IMG/VR virus record: IMGVR_UViG_3300023110_000023
Location: 1-64,000 of that record
Reading direction: 5' to 3' (one strand)
Length of the DNA stretch: 64,000 nt
Source of the DNA: a virus
This document shows, one piece after another, positions 1 to 8,831 of the stretch. How positions within the stretch are numbered: position 1 is the first letter of the stretch; each line of letters begins with the position of its first letter. The position numbers and the translations under genes were made by a program. Below the pieces are notes generated by a model. That model ran no database searches. It was given only the letters and a program-made list of their open reading frames with translations, and was not told the DNA's origin.

Positions 1-107
1 CGACCACCATCTCTTCTTACAGCCGTTCCGCCCCTGTGGACATGAAGGCCGTTTGGGACACCTGCACCCAATACGCATACCGCTTCAACATGGGCAAGAT
101 GTATTGA
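1..107 (+). CDS. 3' end of hypothetical protein (partial)
   Basis: Open frame ...TTISSYSRSAPVDMKAVWDTCTQYAYRFNMGKMY* ending TGA at 107; codon style matches neighbours. Confidence 0.5.
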   Translation, partial: TTISSYSRSAPVDMKAVWDTCTQYAYRFNMGKMY

Positions 108-143
108 TTCCAACCAAAGACGAAAACAAAGGAAGTGAAAGAA

Positions 144-1049
144 ATGACAACAACACCGAAACCCTGCAAAGCACCCGACTGCGTGAACGGCAAGTGGAAG
201 GGCAAGTCCCGCTACAATTGCTTTACCTGTGGAGGCACAGGCGAGTTCAAGCAAGTCGCATCAGCCGAACATCAAGCGATGGTGGACACGATTCGTGAAT
301 ACCTGCCCAAGCGTTCCTTCGCGGTCAGCCTGTGCAACCAAATGGAGAGCAAAGGAAGCCTCTCGCCCAAGCAGATGCCGTTCTTCAACGACCTCTATGC
401 ACAGGCGGTCAAGGTGTCCTCTCGCCCTGCCCCTGTCGCTGTCGCTGTCCCTCCACTCCAACCCGACAACACGGGCTGGGATGCTGTCGTTGAGATGATG
501 AACTCCGCCAACGAGAACGGACTCAAGGTGGCTCGCATTCGCCTCAACGGTGTCGTCTTCAAGGGCTCTCAAGACCGAAGGACAGGCAAGTTCAACAACA
601 TCGCTGTCGTGTCCCGACACGGCAACACCTTGCTCGCTACGCTTGACCGCACCAGCGGAGTGTTGAGCCCACGCAACAACCGAGTGGACTTCTCCGAGAA
701 GGCATGGGAAGACTTCAAACTCAACCCTGTCCAAACCCTTGCTGAAATCGGCAAGAAGGAAGGGAACTGTTGCTTCTGTGCAAGGGACTTGACCGACCAT
801 CGCTCAACCGCACATGGCTACGGTGCTATCTGTGCAAAGAAGTTCGGCTTGGCTTGGGGCAAGGAAACCGCTGACGCTATTGAAGCCAATATCGCTGACC
901 GTGTTCAAGAAGTCGTGCTGGAACTCACCGATGCTGGCGAATATCTCGTCAAGGACTCCGAGAGTGGTGAGGTTATCGCAACCTTCACCAGCCGACGCGA
1001 TGCACTCAAGTTCGCAGACCAATTCAGCGTGGTGGAGGAAGTCCAATGA
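144..1049 (+). CDS. Zn-finger protein with C-terminal DUF6011-like domain
   Basis: N-terminal Cys cluster; CCFCARDLTDHRSTAHGYGAICAKK matches the DUF6011 pattern; GGAAGTGA RBS before ATG 144. Confidence 0.7.
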   Translation: MTTTPKPCKAPDCVNGKWKGKSRYNCFTCGGTGEFKQVASAEHQAMVDTIREYLPKRSFAVSLCNQMESKGSLSPKQMPFFNDLYAQAVKVSSRPAPVAVAVPPLQPDNTGWDAVVEMMNSANENGLKVARIRLNGVVFKGSQDRRTGKFNNIAVVSRHGNTLLATLDRTSGVLSPRNNRVDFSEKAWEDFKLNPVQTLAEIGKKEGNCCFCARDLTDHRSTAHGYGAICAKKFGLAWGKETADAIEANIADRVQEVVLELTDAGEYLVKDSESGEVIATFTSRRDALKFADQFSVVEEVQ

Positions 1050-1198
1050 TTCCAATGGTCATCATCAACGAAGACAGCACGAAGCAGTCCATCTGCGAGC
1101 GTGTGATGCTACAACACGCCATGATGCTCATGGCGATGGCTGACGACTCCCCGATTCCATCCCCCATCGTGCTGACACGCAAGGGGTTGATGGGATGA
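1046..1198 (+). CDS. small hypothetical protein (50 aa, not in ORF track)
   Basis: MIPMVIINEDSTKQSICERVMLQH...LMG*; ATGA overlaps with both flanking genes; GGAGG upstream. Confidence 0.65.
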   Translation: MIPMVIINEDSTKQSICERVMLQHAMMLMAMADDSPIPSPIVLTRKGLMG

Positions 1199-1737
1199 AC
1201 GCGTACCCGCTGGAATACGATGATGACGGCACTCCCTGTCCGATTCGGTCTGCACTCTCGCTGTGCGATGAACACATCAACAAAATGGGGTTGGAAGGGA
1301 TGCAAGTCCTGTCCACAGCCCTCATCCTCAACGGATGCCCCGAAGAACTGCTTCCACGCACGAAGGCTGGGACTCCATACAAAAAGACGCACCAACACCA
1401 CCCTGTCGTCAAATGGGCGAGCGAGAGCGTTGTCAATTGGCTTTGGCTGGTGAATCACGCTCTCACCATCTGTATCATGAAAGACGAGAGGATGGACACC
1501 AAATACGCCTGTTTGAAATCGTTCCAAGAGTGGAATTATGCCGAGTGCCTCAAATACCTTCCCCAAACCGCCATGACCCCATTTGCACTCGCTATGGATG
1601 ACGAGTTCAAGACGGATGACCCTGTGGAAGCATACAGGGCGTTTTACAACGACAAACGCTTCAAGAACGGTCATAGACCCTCTTGGACTCATTCCTCGCC
1701 ACCAGCGTGGTTTAAACAGCAACAGGAGTGGTTTTGA
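1195..1737 (+). CDS. pyrimidine-dimer DNA glycosylase / endonuclease V-like family protein
   Basis: Motifs LCDEHINKMGLEGMQVLSTA, YKKTHQHHPVVKWASES, DPVEAYRAFY typical of the Pyr_excise family. Confidence 0.75.
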   Translation: MNAYPLEYDDDGTPCPIRSALSLCDEHINKMGLEGMQVLSTALILNGCPEELLPRTKAGTPYKKTHQHHPVVKWASESVVNWLWLVNHALTICIMKDERMDTKYACLKSFQEWNYAECLKYLPQTAMTPFALAMDDEFKTDDPVEAYRAFYNDKRFKNGHRPSWTHSSPPAWFKQQQEWF

Positions 1738-2099
1738 TGCCGAAGGGTGCATACAGAAGGTTGGATTGGGACAGCATGGAACGAGCCGTTGCTGGTGTTC
1801 TGCAAACATACGAGGAACAGGGCGTTCAAATCGTGGAGTGGGATTCGTTCCGCCTCGCAGTCAAGGAACTCTATGTCATCATGGCTGAACACCAGCAAGG
1901 GCGAAACTACGGTCGTGGTCGCAACGCTCTCAACAGGTTATCAGCCCCGATAAGCCTCTATTTCAAGAATCACACGAATTGGAAGAGAGGCAAGCAAGTG
2001 TATCAGCGACCTGTGATTTGGGAAGACGGCACTCGCGATTCAGTTCGCGACCAACGCCATGTCATCCGATGGGTCGGAAGTCCAACGCAGACGCGCTGA
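1737..2099 (+). CDS. hypothetical protein, possibly DNA-binding
   Basis: TGATG coupling to upstream gene; basic 120-aa protein. Confidence 0.6.
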   Translation: MPKGAYRRLDWDSMERAVAGVLQTYEEQGVQIVEWDSFRLAVKELYVIMAEHQQGRNYGRGRNALNRLSAPISLYFKNHTNWKRGKQVYQRPVIWEDGTRDSVRDQRHVIRWVGSPTQTR

Positions 2100-2180
2100 C
2101 ATCCTATAAACATATTGATATTCCAATGTCTTGAGATTGGTGGGCAATTCTTCAAAAACCACAGCACACCAGCGTGGTGC

Positions 2181-3698
2181 GTGGTGGAAGACTTCCAACG
2201 GCTCTCACAGCAACAGGCGAGGGAGATTGCCCTGTTCCCCGACCGCTGGAGTTCGTATTTTCGCACGATTGACGGGAAGGCGTTCCGCTTGGATGCTCGC
2301 CCATACCTTGAGGAAGTGTATCGCCACTTCTCCGCCACCAGCAAGAACTCCGCCACGAAGGTCATCGTGTTGAAGTGTTCTCGGAAGGTTGAGAAGACCG
2401 AAACCATCTGCAACATTCTGCTGTACGCGTTGCTCAATATCCCGTATTTCAACGCAGTCTATACCGCGCCCCGCCAGCCCCAAGTGAGCCGATTCGTTGA
2501 GGAACGATTCAACGGTGCGATGATGTCCAGCGTGAACAACGGATGCCTGTTGAAGCAACGAGTCAAGTCATCTGTGAGCCACCAAACCTTTGATGTCGGT
2601 GCAAGGTCGCTGAACCACTTCTATGCCTATTCCAATTGGGGAGATGCTCACGGTCTGCTGGGGATTGAGGCTGACCTGTGTTGCATTGACGAATATCAAG
2701 ACAGCGACCCCGATGTGCTTCCGATGCTGATGGAGATGCTCGCTCAATCGGACTACAAATGGGTCATCGTCAGCGGGACAGCCCGTGAGCAAGGCTCGGA
2801 GTTTTGGAGGCTGTGGAACACCTCCACGCAAGCCGAGTGGGATGGTGAGAAGTGGATTCACAAAGAGGCAGAAGCCCCGAACATCATCGGGTATCACATC
2901 ACCCAATTGATGCACCCCGACATCACGACCGAAGACATTGAACAAAAGCGAATCACATACACGCCCCGCAGATTCGCGAACGAGGTTCTCGGTGAGTTCT
3001 TTTCGGGTTCAGCCAAACCGCTGACTCTTGACCAAGCCTTGACGATTATTGAGCCCGATATGGACATCGTGGATTCAGTCGTTCCACCCAGCGAATCGTT
3101 CATCGGAATTGATTGGGGGTTGGCGACAACCATCGTGGTCATGGACAAAGACGGCAACATTCTCAACGCCATGAAGGTGGAATCGCGTGGAGAAGACGAC
3201 TTTGATGAAGTCGCCATCATCAAGGACATCATTCTCCGATACAACGCTGTCCAAGTGGTCTGCGACATCGGCTACGGTGCGAGGCAAGTCCGTGAACTCC
3301 AGCGTGAGTTCGGAGAGCGTGTGAAGTCGTGCTATTATGCGAGCCGACCGATGACTCCGTTTGAATATAAGAAACGGGACTCCAATCGCAACCTCATTTT
3401 CATGGCTGTCGTGGACAGAACCACATACCTTGAGCAAACGATTGAGGCAATCAAGAACGGTGAGATTCGCTTGCCTTTCAAGGACAGAAGGCTGGAGTGG
3501 GTGCTGGATGAGTTCTGTGCAATCAATTCGTCAGCCGAAGCAGATATGCGGTCGGGTCGGCAGATTCGTGGACAGCAATTGACCAAATACGGTCGCGATG
3601 GCGATGACCACGCTCTCCACGCTCTCCTGTATGCGAGGCTTGCCCATGAGATGAATGACGATGGTGGGCTTCCGACCATGCGAACCTTCGGAGTTTGA
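2181..3698 (+). CDS. terL: terminase large subunit (lambda GpA-like)
   Basis: PYLEEVY, variant Walker A KCSRKVEKTE, Walker B CCIDEYQD, coupling SGTA, nuclease GIDWG and DGDDHALHA; GTG 30 nt after TTCAAAAACC box (2151). Confidence 0.9.
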   Translation: MVEDFQRLSQQQAREIALFPDRWSSYFRTIDGKAFRLDARPYLEEVYRHFSATSKNSATKVIVLKCSRKVEKTETICNILLYALLNIPYFNAVYTAPRQPQVSRFVEERFNGAMMSSVNNGCLLKQRVKSSVSHQTFDVGARSLNHFYAYSNWGDAHGLLGIEADLCCIDEYQDSDPDVLPMLMEMLAQSDYKWVIVSGTAREQGSEFWRLWNTSTQAEWDGEKWIHKEAEAPNIIGYHITQLMHPDITTEDIEQKRITYTPRRFANEVLGEFFSGSAKPLTLDQALTIIEPDMDIVDSVVPPSESFIGIDWGLATTIVVMDKDGNILNAMKVESRGEDDFDEVAIIKDIILRYNAVQVVCDIGYGARQVRELQREFGERVKSCYYASRPMTPFEYKKRDSNRNLIFMAVVDRTTYLEQTIEAIKNGEIRLPFKDRRLEWVLDEFCAINSSAEADMRSGRQIRGQQLTKYGRDGDDHALHALLYARLAHEMNDDGGLPTMRTFGV

Positions 3699-3823
3699 TA
3701 CACCACGAAGTTCAAGTTTATCAATGTTTGTTTATCTCACCATTTTTGCATATCAATATATTTATATGCTGACATGATTTGGGACATGGTGAAGCGGGTA
3801 TGACCCGCTGACATGGTGATAAC

Positions 3824-4093
3824 ATGGAAGAAAAACAGGAAAAGGTCGCAACGCTTCACAAGCGATGCGAGGATTGCGAAAAATACCCCCGATTCGCTTC
3901 GGCGGTCGGGTGCTGGAACAGGGACTTCGTGTGCAATTGCACCGAAGGCAATATGCTCATGAATGGGCGACGCGTACACCGAGTTCATATCGGGCGATAC
4001 GAAGACTTCGTTGGGCAACCTCCACGCAGGGCGATTGACGACCCCGATGTTGCTGACCCGCTTCCACCGAGAAAACCCTCGCTCTTTGAGTGA
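3824..4093 (+). CDS. small Cys-rich hypothetical protein
   Basis: GGTGA RBS; CEDC...CNC motifs. Confidence 0.6.
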   Translation: MEEKQEKVATLHKRCEDCEKYPRFASAVGCWNRDFVCNCTEGNMLMNGRRVHRVHIGRYEDFVGQPPRRAIDDPDVADPLPPRKPSLFE

Positions 4094-4135
4094 AAAAGCG
4101 GTTCTGTGATAAACCCCCTTTGTGATGGTTGAGGC

Positions 4136-4342
4136 ATGGAAGCCTCCACGCTCTTGCTCATTCTCACGGCAGTCGCAGTCCCAACAGCCCTTTGGCTGTT
4201 TGAACGCTACAAGCGTGTCATGGCTGACGGCAAAATCACCCTTGACGAAGTGCTTGAGGAAGGCAAAGCCCTCCTTGACAAAGCAGAAGAAGTCAAGGAA
4301 GCCGTTGAAGACATCGTGGAAGAATCCGAGAAGACGGAGTGA
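4136..4342 (+). CDS. small single-TM membrane protein (holin-like candidate)
   Basis: N-terminal hydrophobic helix, acidic tail; ATG 30 nt after GTGATAAACC box. Confidence 0.6.
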   Translation: MEASTLLLILTAVAVPTALWLFERYKRVMADGKITLDEVLEEGKALLDKAEEVKEAVEDIVEESEKTE

Positions 4343-4812
4343 TTCATCACATGGCTCGCATGACAGACCCGCTTGCCCCTGCTCGCAGGGGGAACTCGTT
4401 CAACGACCGCTTGATGTTGATAGTCGGTGTCCCTGTGGTTCTGTGCTGGGTTGCTTTCGCTTGCTTGGTCATTTGGAACGGACTTCGTGATGACGCTGTG
4501 CTTGACCGTGTTGAAGAATACGGTCTGTTGCTCGCCATCATCGCCACGCCAGCCATGCTGATTCTCAATTCCATCGTGGAACTGTGGAAGACCGAGCAAG
4601 GCAACGAGATTCAAATGCAACCCGACCAAATCCGCGCGGCGATTGAGCAAGGAATCGCACAGGCTGAACACAAGCGTATGCTGGCTATCAAAGACCAAGA
4701 ACACGCTCAAGTTCTCGCTATTGAGAAGGCTCGCCACGAACTGACGGGTCGTATTGATGGACAGCATCAAGACTGTGCTTTGGAAGACGACCCATCCGAA
4801 TCGGAGGAATGA
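4339..4812 (+). CDS. two-TM membrane protein with coiled-coil tail
   Basis: Hydrophobic segments LMLIVGVPVVLCWVAFACLVIW and YGLLLAIIATPAMLIL; exact start uncertain. Confidence 0.65.
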   Translation: MIHHMARMTDPLAPARRGNSFNDRLMLIVGVPVVLCWVAFACLVIWNGLRDDAVLDRVEEYGLLLAIIATPAMLILNSIVELWKTEQGNEIQMQPDQIRAAIEQGIAQAEHKRMLAIKDQEHAQVLAIEKARHELTGRIDGQHQDCALEDDPSESEE

Positions 4813-5084
4813 GCATGACCGAGAAAGACCCAACGCTCGCTTGGGTTCAAGCCATCCATCGCGACCTCACTACGCTCAAGGACAACCACTTGGCTCATGT
4901 GGATGCTGACCTCCAAATGATGAAGCGGGACATCGCTGAAATCAAGGAAGACTTGGCCGAAGTCAAGCCAATGATGGACAACATTCGTGTGTTCTCCAGC
5001 AAGTTCGGTCGGAAGATGCTCATGGTCTTATTGATTTCAATATCATTCACCATCGGCGCACCGATAGGAATGGAAACGCTTTGA
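4809..5084 (+). CDS. coiled-coil protein with C-terminal TM (XhlA-like architecture)
   Basis: Heptad region then MLMVLLISISFTIGA; ATGA overlap. Confidence 0.6.
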   Translation: MSMTEKDPTLAWVQAIHRDLTTLKDNHLAHVDADLQMMKRDIAEIKEDLAEVKPMMDNIRVFSSKFGRKMLMVLLISISFTIGAPIGMETL

Positions 5085-5108
5085 AACCCAACCGCACATT
5101 GACGGTTC

Positions 5109-5336
5109 ATGCCTCGCAAGTTCGTTGAGTGTCCCGTGTGCAAACATCAACGCTGGACAGTCGCTAAACGACCCAAGTGCAAACGGGAACTACACAAAGG
5201 AACACTTGACCCCGAACCACGAATGTTTGAAGTCCCGTTCAACGAAACGCCCGATGAATACACCATCTCGGACACCCCGCCAGCACGAAAATCACCAAAT
5301 TGGTGGGAAAATCATCTTGATAGACCGAAGCATTGA
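5109..5336 (+). CDS. Zn-ribbon hypothetical protein
   Basis: CPVC...C...H; ATG 30 nt after CTTTGAAACC box. Confidence 0.6.
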   Translation: MPRKFVECPVCKHQRWTVAKRPKCKRELHKGTLDPEPRMFEVPFNETPDEYTISDTPPARKSPNWWENHLDRPKH

Positions 5337-5345
5337 TATACCCCC
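5317..5345 (+). promoter_or_regulatory. class-E tandem-box promoter (drives putative ncRNA)
   Basis: TTGATAgaccgaagcaTTGATATACCCCC; boxes 16 bp apart. Confidence 0.75.
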
Positions 5346-5362
5346 ACCTGCTGTCATGGATT

Positions 5363-5807
5363 GTTGGGGCAACAACCCCGACCGAAGCGATACCTCCCGA
5401 TGCGAGTCGGGGGGTGAATTGGAAACACAGGATGGCGAGCAACGCCCCTTAGCAGACAGGTGCAACGCACCTTGCAGACAGGGACAACGCTCTCATCCCA
5501 TACGATACAGGTTGAATGTTAGCCCTGCCCGACCCCAATGTTTTGATGCGACACTCGCTTCGGTGAGTCCCTCCACACTTCTTGGGCATACGGTAAGAAT
5601 CCCCTTGCCTCCCTGTCGTGTGTCATCGGCTCAATCGGTCGGGGAAACCCGACTCCCTCAAGAGTGTGGCTGTGGCTGACCAAGTGTAAGGGCGGGGAGA
5701 GATACCCCGTGAACCTGCTTGCGAAGGTAAAGGCTCGTAAGGCAAGGCTAAGGTGATATTAGTGCTGGGAAGGTTCGCCCCAGCCCGATGTTGTGTTTCC
5801 TCCCAAC
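5363..5807 (+). ncRNA. putative large structured non-coding RNA (~445 nt)
   Basis: Starts at +30 of class-E promoter; 5' GTTGGGG pairs with TCCCAAC (5801-5807); many long-range helices, UUCG and GAAA tetraloops; no credible ORF. Confidence 0.7.
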
Positions 5808-5899
5808 CGCCCAAACATACACTCAAAGTCAATTCAAGAGCGTAGTGGGAAAACGAGTCATGTCGTTCTTAACCGCTTGGATGGAGAGGAAGGAGGTTC

Positions 5900-5998
5900 A
5901 TAGCCCGCCAATCCCGAAAAGGTTGGATGGGGGTTGGTTTCGCAGTCCCACCCCAATGCCTTTGGGCAATACGGTGGTTTCGGTCGGCTGTTGCCTCA
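5900..5998 (+). ncRNA. putative small three-hairpin RNA upstream of portal
   Basis: Late-type box GTTCTTAACC at 5865; three consecutive hairpins with G-U pairs. Confidence 0.35.
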
Positions 5999-6033
5999 AC
6001 ATCGTTAAAAACGGCACAGCCCAACGAACATTC

Positions 6034-8424
6034 ATGTCGGAGAGGCGTAGCCGTTTTCCATTTTGGCGAAGGCGAGGTTCGCCCGAAGACGCTAACCGCA
6101 TGACCGAGATGTTCAACCAGCCCGAATCGGAGTTCCGCTGGGATGGGAAGACGCTCGCATCAATGTCCCGAATCGGCAATTCCACGAAGACGGGCAAGAG
6201 CGTGAACGGCTTTGAACCGATTGGCGACATGGACTTGATTCGTGAAATCTCGCTCAAGAACGAGGTGGTCAATGCGATTCTCCGCAGAACCGTTGATGAC
6301 ACGCTGGGCAACGGCTACGAGTTTGTTCTGCCCGATGGGAAGGAGGAAGGAGATGCTGGTCAATTGGCGAGGGTGCGTGAGTTCTTCCGAGCCCCCAACC
6401 CCGATGACAACGGGGATGAGTGGCTTGAATCCCTCATCTATGACCTCCAATTGTTCGGTGATGCCTATTTGGAACTTGACGGCTCGGAAGACAAACAGAT
6501 GAGCGATGACGGAACGAAGTGGACATACGGTGGCGAATTGGTGTCAATATGGAACATTCCCACCGAAACGATGAAACTGCTTCCAGCGAACAAACGCCCA
6601 GCCCCACCAGCGATGGCGTATGTGCAGAAAATTGACGGCTTGAAGCGTGAGTTCTCATCCAGCAAAATCCTCCATGTGTCCAAGTTCAAGCATGGCCGAG
6701 CATACGGCACATCGCCCATCGTTCCCCTGCTGAATGTGATTGCTGGGCATCTCAACCTGTCAAATTATCTCAACGAACTCTATACGGGAACGCTTCCCAA
6801 GACCATCCTCAATGTCGGGGACATCTCCAATGGCGAGATGAAAGCGATGCTCTCACTCCTTGAACAGCAATTGGCTGGAGGCAAGTCGCCCTTCGGTTTG
6901 GTCGCTGTGAACGGAGGAACGGGGTTCAATATGCACAAACTGTTGGACTCAACGAGGGAAGGCGCGCAATTGGACTTGATTCACTATTATCGCGAGGAAA
7001 TCTGTGCGGTCTTCGGCATCCCACCCATGAAATTGGGCTGGGTGCAGACGGGGAAGATGTCCAACCCCGAACAGCAATTGGATGCGTGGTATGATGTCAT
7101 TGAATCCTTCCATAACCGAATTGAATCGCTCATTAACAACCGTATTCTTCCCCTATTGGACATCACCGATTGGGTCTTCAAGTTCGTGTCCATCCGACCA
7201 AAGCGGGACAATGAGATAGCCGAAACGCAATCGCGTCAAGCACAGGCAATCTCCAATCTCCGACAGGAAGGTGTCATCTCCATCAACGAGGCTCGGAACT
7301 TCTTGGGTCTTGAGCGACTTGACTTGGCTGACGCAGACGACCCGATGTTCCTGTCGCCCAAGTTATCCATCAACAAAGGCAAGGTCAATGGCGGTGGCGA
7401 GGAAACGGCGGATTCCAATGACTCATCTCCATTGACACCTCCATCTCTTGCTGAATTGTTCCCCCCACCCGAAGCACCCGACAACGAAGGTGCGAAACTT
7501 GGCGGGATTCCTCCATGCACCGTTCCTGTTGATATTGAACTCAATAGCAACACAACGGGGCTCATGGCGAATCGGAGAATGAAGCAGAACGATGAATACG
7601 AGGCTCTCATCACCACGAACTCGCTGGAACTTCTCGCTCAATTCACCGACCTTCAAAGTCAGTTCGCCGTTGATGTCTTGGATGCCCTTGACAAAATGTT
7701 CGCAGACGGAGATGAAGCGGTGCAGATGCCGAATGTGGATTTGAAGTCGGTGCGAGCATACAGACGCAAGGCGGATATTGACCTCAATCAAATTGAATCA
7801 GCCATCGTTGAGATTGACACCCGAATCGCTGACACGATTGGTCGTCAAAACTTGATGGCGACAGCGGTTTTGACCGATTCGTTTGGCGAGTCGCTGGAAC
7901 TGACGCTGGGTGGAACTGCGATTGATGTTGCACTCAACGCAGACGACCTCTCGGCCATCGCTTATTGGAATGGTCGCTGGACACTCCCTGCCTTAAGAAA
8001 CACGCTGGGGGCTCACAGGAACGCCCTGCTCGGTGTCTTTGAGGCTATGGTGGGTCAAGGGCAGTCTTGGCGATGGGCGAAGACGGAGATGCGTTCTTTG
8101 ATTGACCCAACGGGGTCGCGATACCCAGCATATTGGTATGAACGCATCGCCCGAACCGAAACCCGAAGGGTCGTGGAGAACGCTCACCTATCGGGCTTGA
8201 GGAAGGCTGGCTTCCAAAAGGTTGAGCGAATCGTGGTCGTTGATGAACGAACCGACCGTGATTTGTGCGCGCCCTTTGAGAACGCCATTTACCCAATCGC
8301 TGAATCGCGAAGTGTTGTTCCAGCACACCCGAATTGCCGATGCACATTCGTTGCGTATGCTGGCGACAAAGAGCCTATTGACTCCGATACGATTCTCGTT
8401 CCCGATGTGGAGGGCTCGGAATGA
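6034..8424 (+). CDS. portal protein fused to MuF/SPP1 gp7-like head morphogenesis domain
   Basis: Portal motifs LQLFGDAYLE, YGTSPI, ICAVFGIPPMKLG, SINEAR; C-terminal RIARTET...HPNCRC (MuF); ATG 30 nt after GTTAAAAACGG. Confidence 0.9.
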   Translation: MSERRSRFPFWRRRGSPEDANRMTEMFNQPESEFRWDGKTLASMSRIGNSTKTGKSVNGFEPIGDMDLIREISLKNEVVNAILRRTVDDTLGNGYEFVLPDGKEEGDAGQLARVREFFRAPNPDDNGDEWLESLIYDLQLFGDAYLELDGSEDKQMSDDGTKWTYGGELVSIWNIPTETMKLLPANKRPAPPAMAYVQKIDGLKREFSSSKILHVSKFKHGRAYGTSPIVPLLNVIAGHLNLSNYLNELYTGTLPKTILNVGDISNGEMKAMLSLLEQQLAGGKSPFGLVAVNGGTGFNMHKLLDSTREGAQLDLIHYYREEICAVFGIPPMKLGWVQTGKMSNPEQQLDAWYDVIESFHNRIESLINNRILPLLDITDWVFKFVSIRPKRDNEIAETQSRQAQAISNLRQEGVISINEARNFLGLERLDLADADDPMFLSPKLSINKGKVNGGGEETADSNDSSPLTPPSLAELFPPPEAPDNEGAKLGGIPPCTVPVDIELNSNTTGLMANRRMKQNDEYEALITTNSLELLAQFTDLQSQFAVDVLDALDKMFADGDEAVQMPNVDLKSVRAYRRKADIDLNQIESAIVEIDTRIADTIGRQNLMATAVLTDSFGESLELTLGGTAIDVALNADDLSAIAYWNGRWTLPALRNTLGAHRNALLGVFEAMVGQGQSWRWAKTEMRSLIDPTGSRYPAYWYERIARTETRRVVENAHLSGLRKAGFQKVERIVVVDERTDRDLCAPFENAIYPIAESRSVVPAHPNCRCTFVAYAGDKEPIDSDTILVPDVEGSE

Positions 8425-8831
8425 AACCCGATGACAACCCGTTCCTCAAAGCAAGTGCATGGTGGAGGCAACGAACCAAACCATCCATCGTTGATTCCAA
8501 GACCACGCGAGAACTTGACAGGCTCGCACATCTCATTCTCACAGATGCGGTTAAACGAGCCCCTGTGCTGACGGGCGCGCTTCGTGCTTCGGGTCGTGTG
8601 AGGCGAATCAACAAATACCGCAGGGCGATTGAGTTCGGTGGTGCTGGAACAGGCGTGGACTACGCTTCGTATGTTGAGTTTGGGACAATGCGTACGCGCC
8701 CCCAACCGTTCTTGCGACCAGCGTTGGAACGAAACAAAAAAGCCATCGCGAAGGGCATGGGCAAGTCTGCCCAACGAGTCTTCGGTGGGGCTGTTTTCAA
8801 CATCATGGGAACAATCAAGGTGGGTGAATGA
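8421..8831 (+). CDS. HK97 gp10-like tail/neck component
   Basis: APVLTGALRAS, YASYVEFGT, PQPFLRPA. Confidence 0.85.
   Translation: MKPDDNPFLKASAWWRQRTKPSIVDSKTTRELDRLAHLILTDAVKRAPVLTGALRASGRVRRINKYRRAIEFGGAGTGVDYASYVEFGTMRTRPQPFLRPALERNKKAIAKGMGKSAQRVFGGAVFNIMGTIKVGE

Noticed and set aside
5125-5679. 184-aa ORF across the structured region
   Set aside because: Overlaps a better gene, composition not protein-like, internal ATG (5356) is off the +30 rule; dense base-pairing explains the region better
5363-5998. tRNA, tmRNA, RNase P, SRP or group I/II intron identity
   Set aside because: No cloverleaf with T-loop and acceptor end, no GAGGAAAGUCC, no SRP helix-8 motif, no convincing intron core or interrupted gene; needs Infernal to exclude formally
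5788-6033. N-terminal extensions in the ORF track (also 2115, 16464, 35952, 50623, 57710)
   Set aside because: Extensions run through promoters, RNAs or other genes; promoter spacing or RBS indicates later starts
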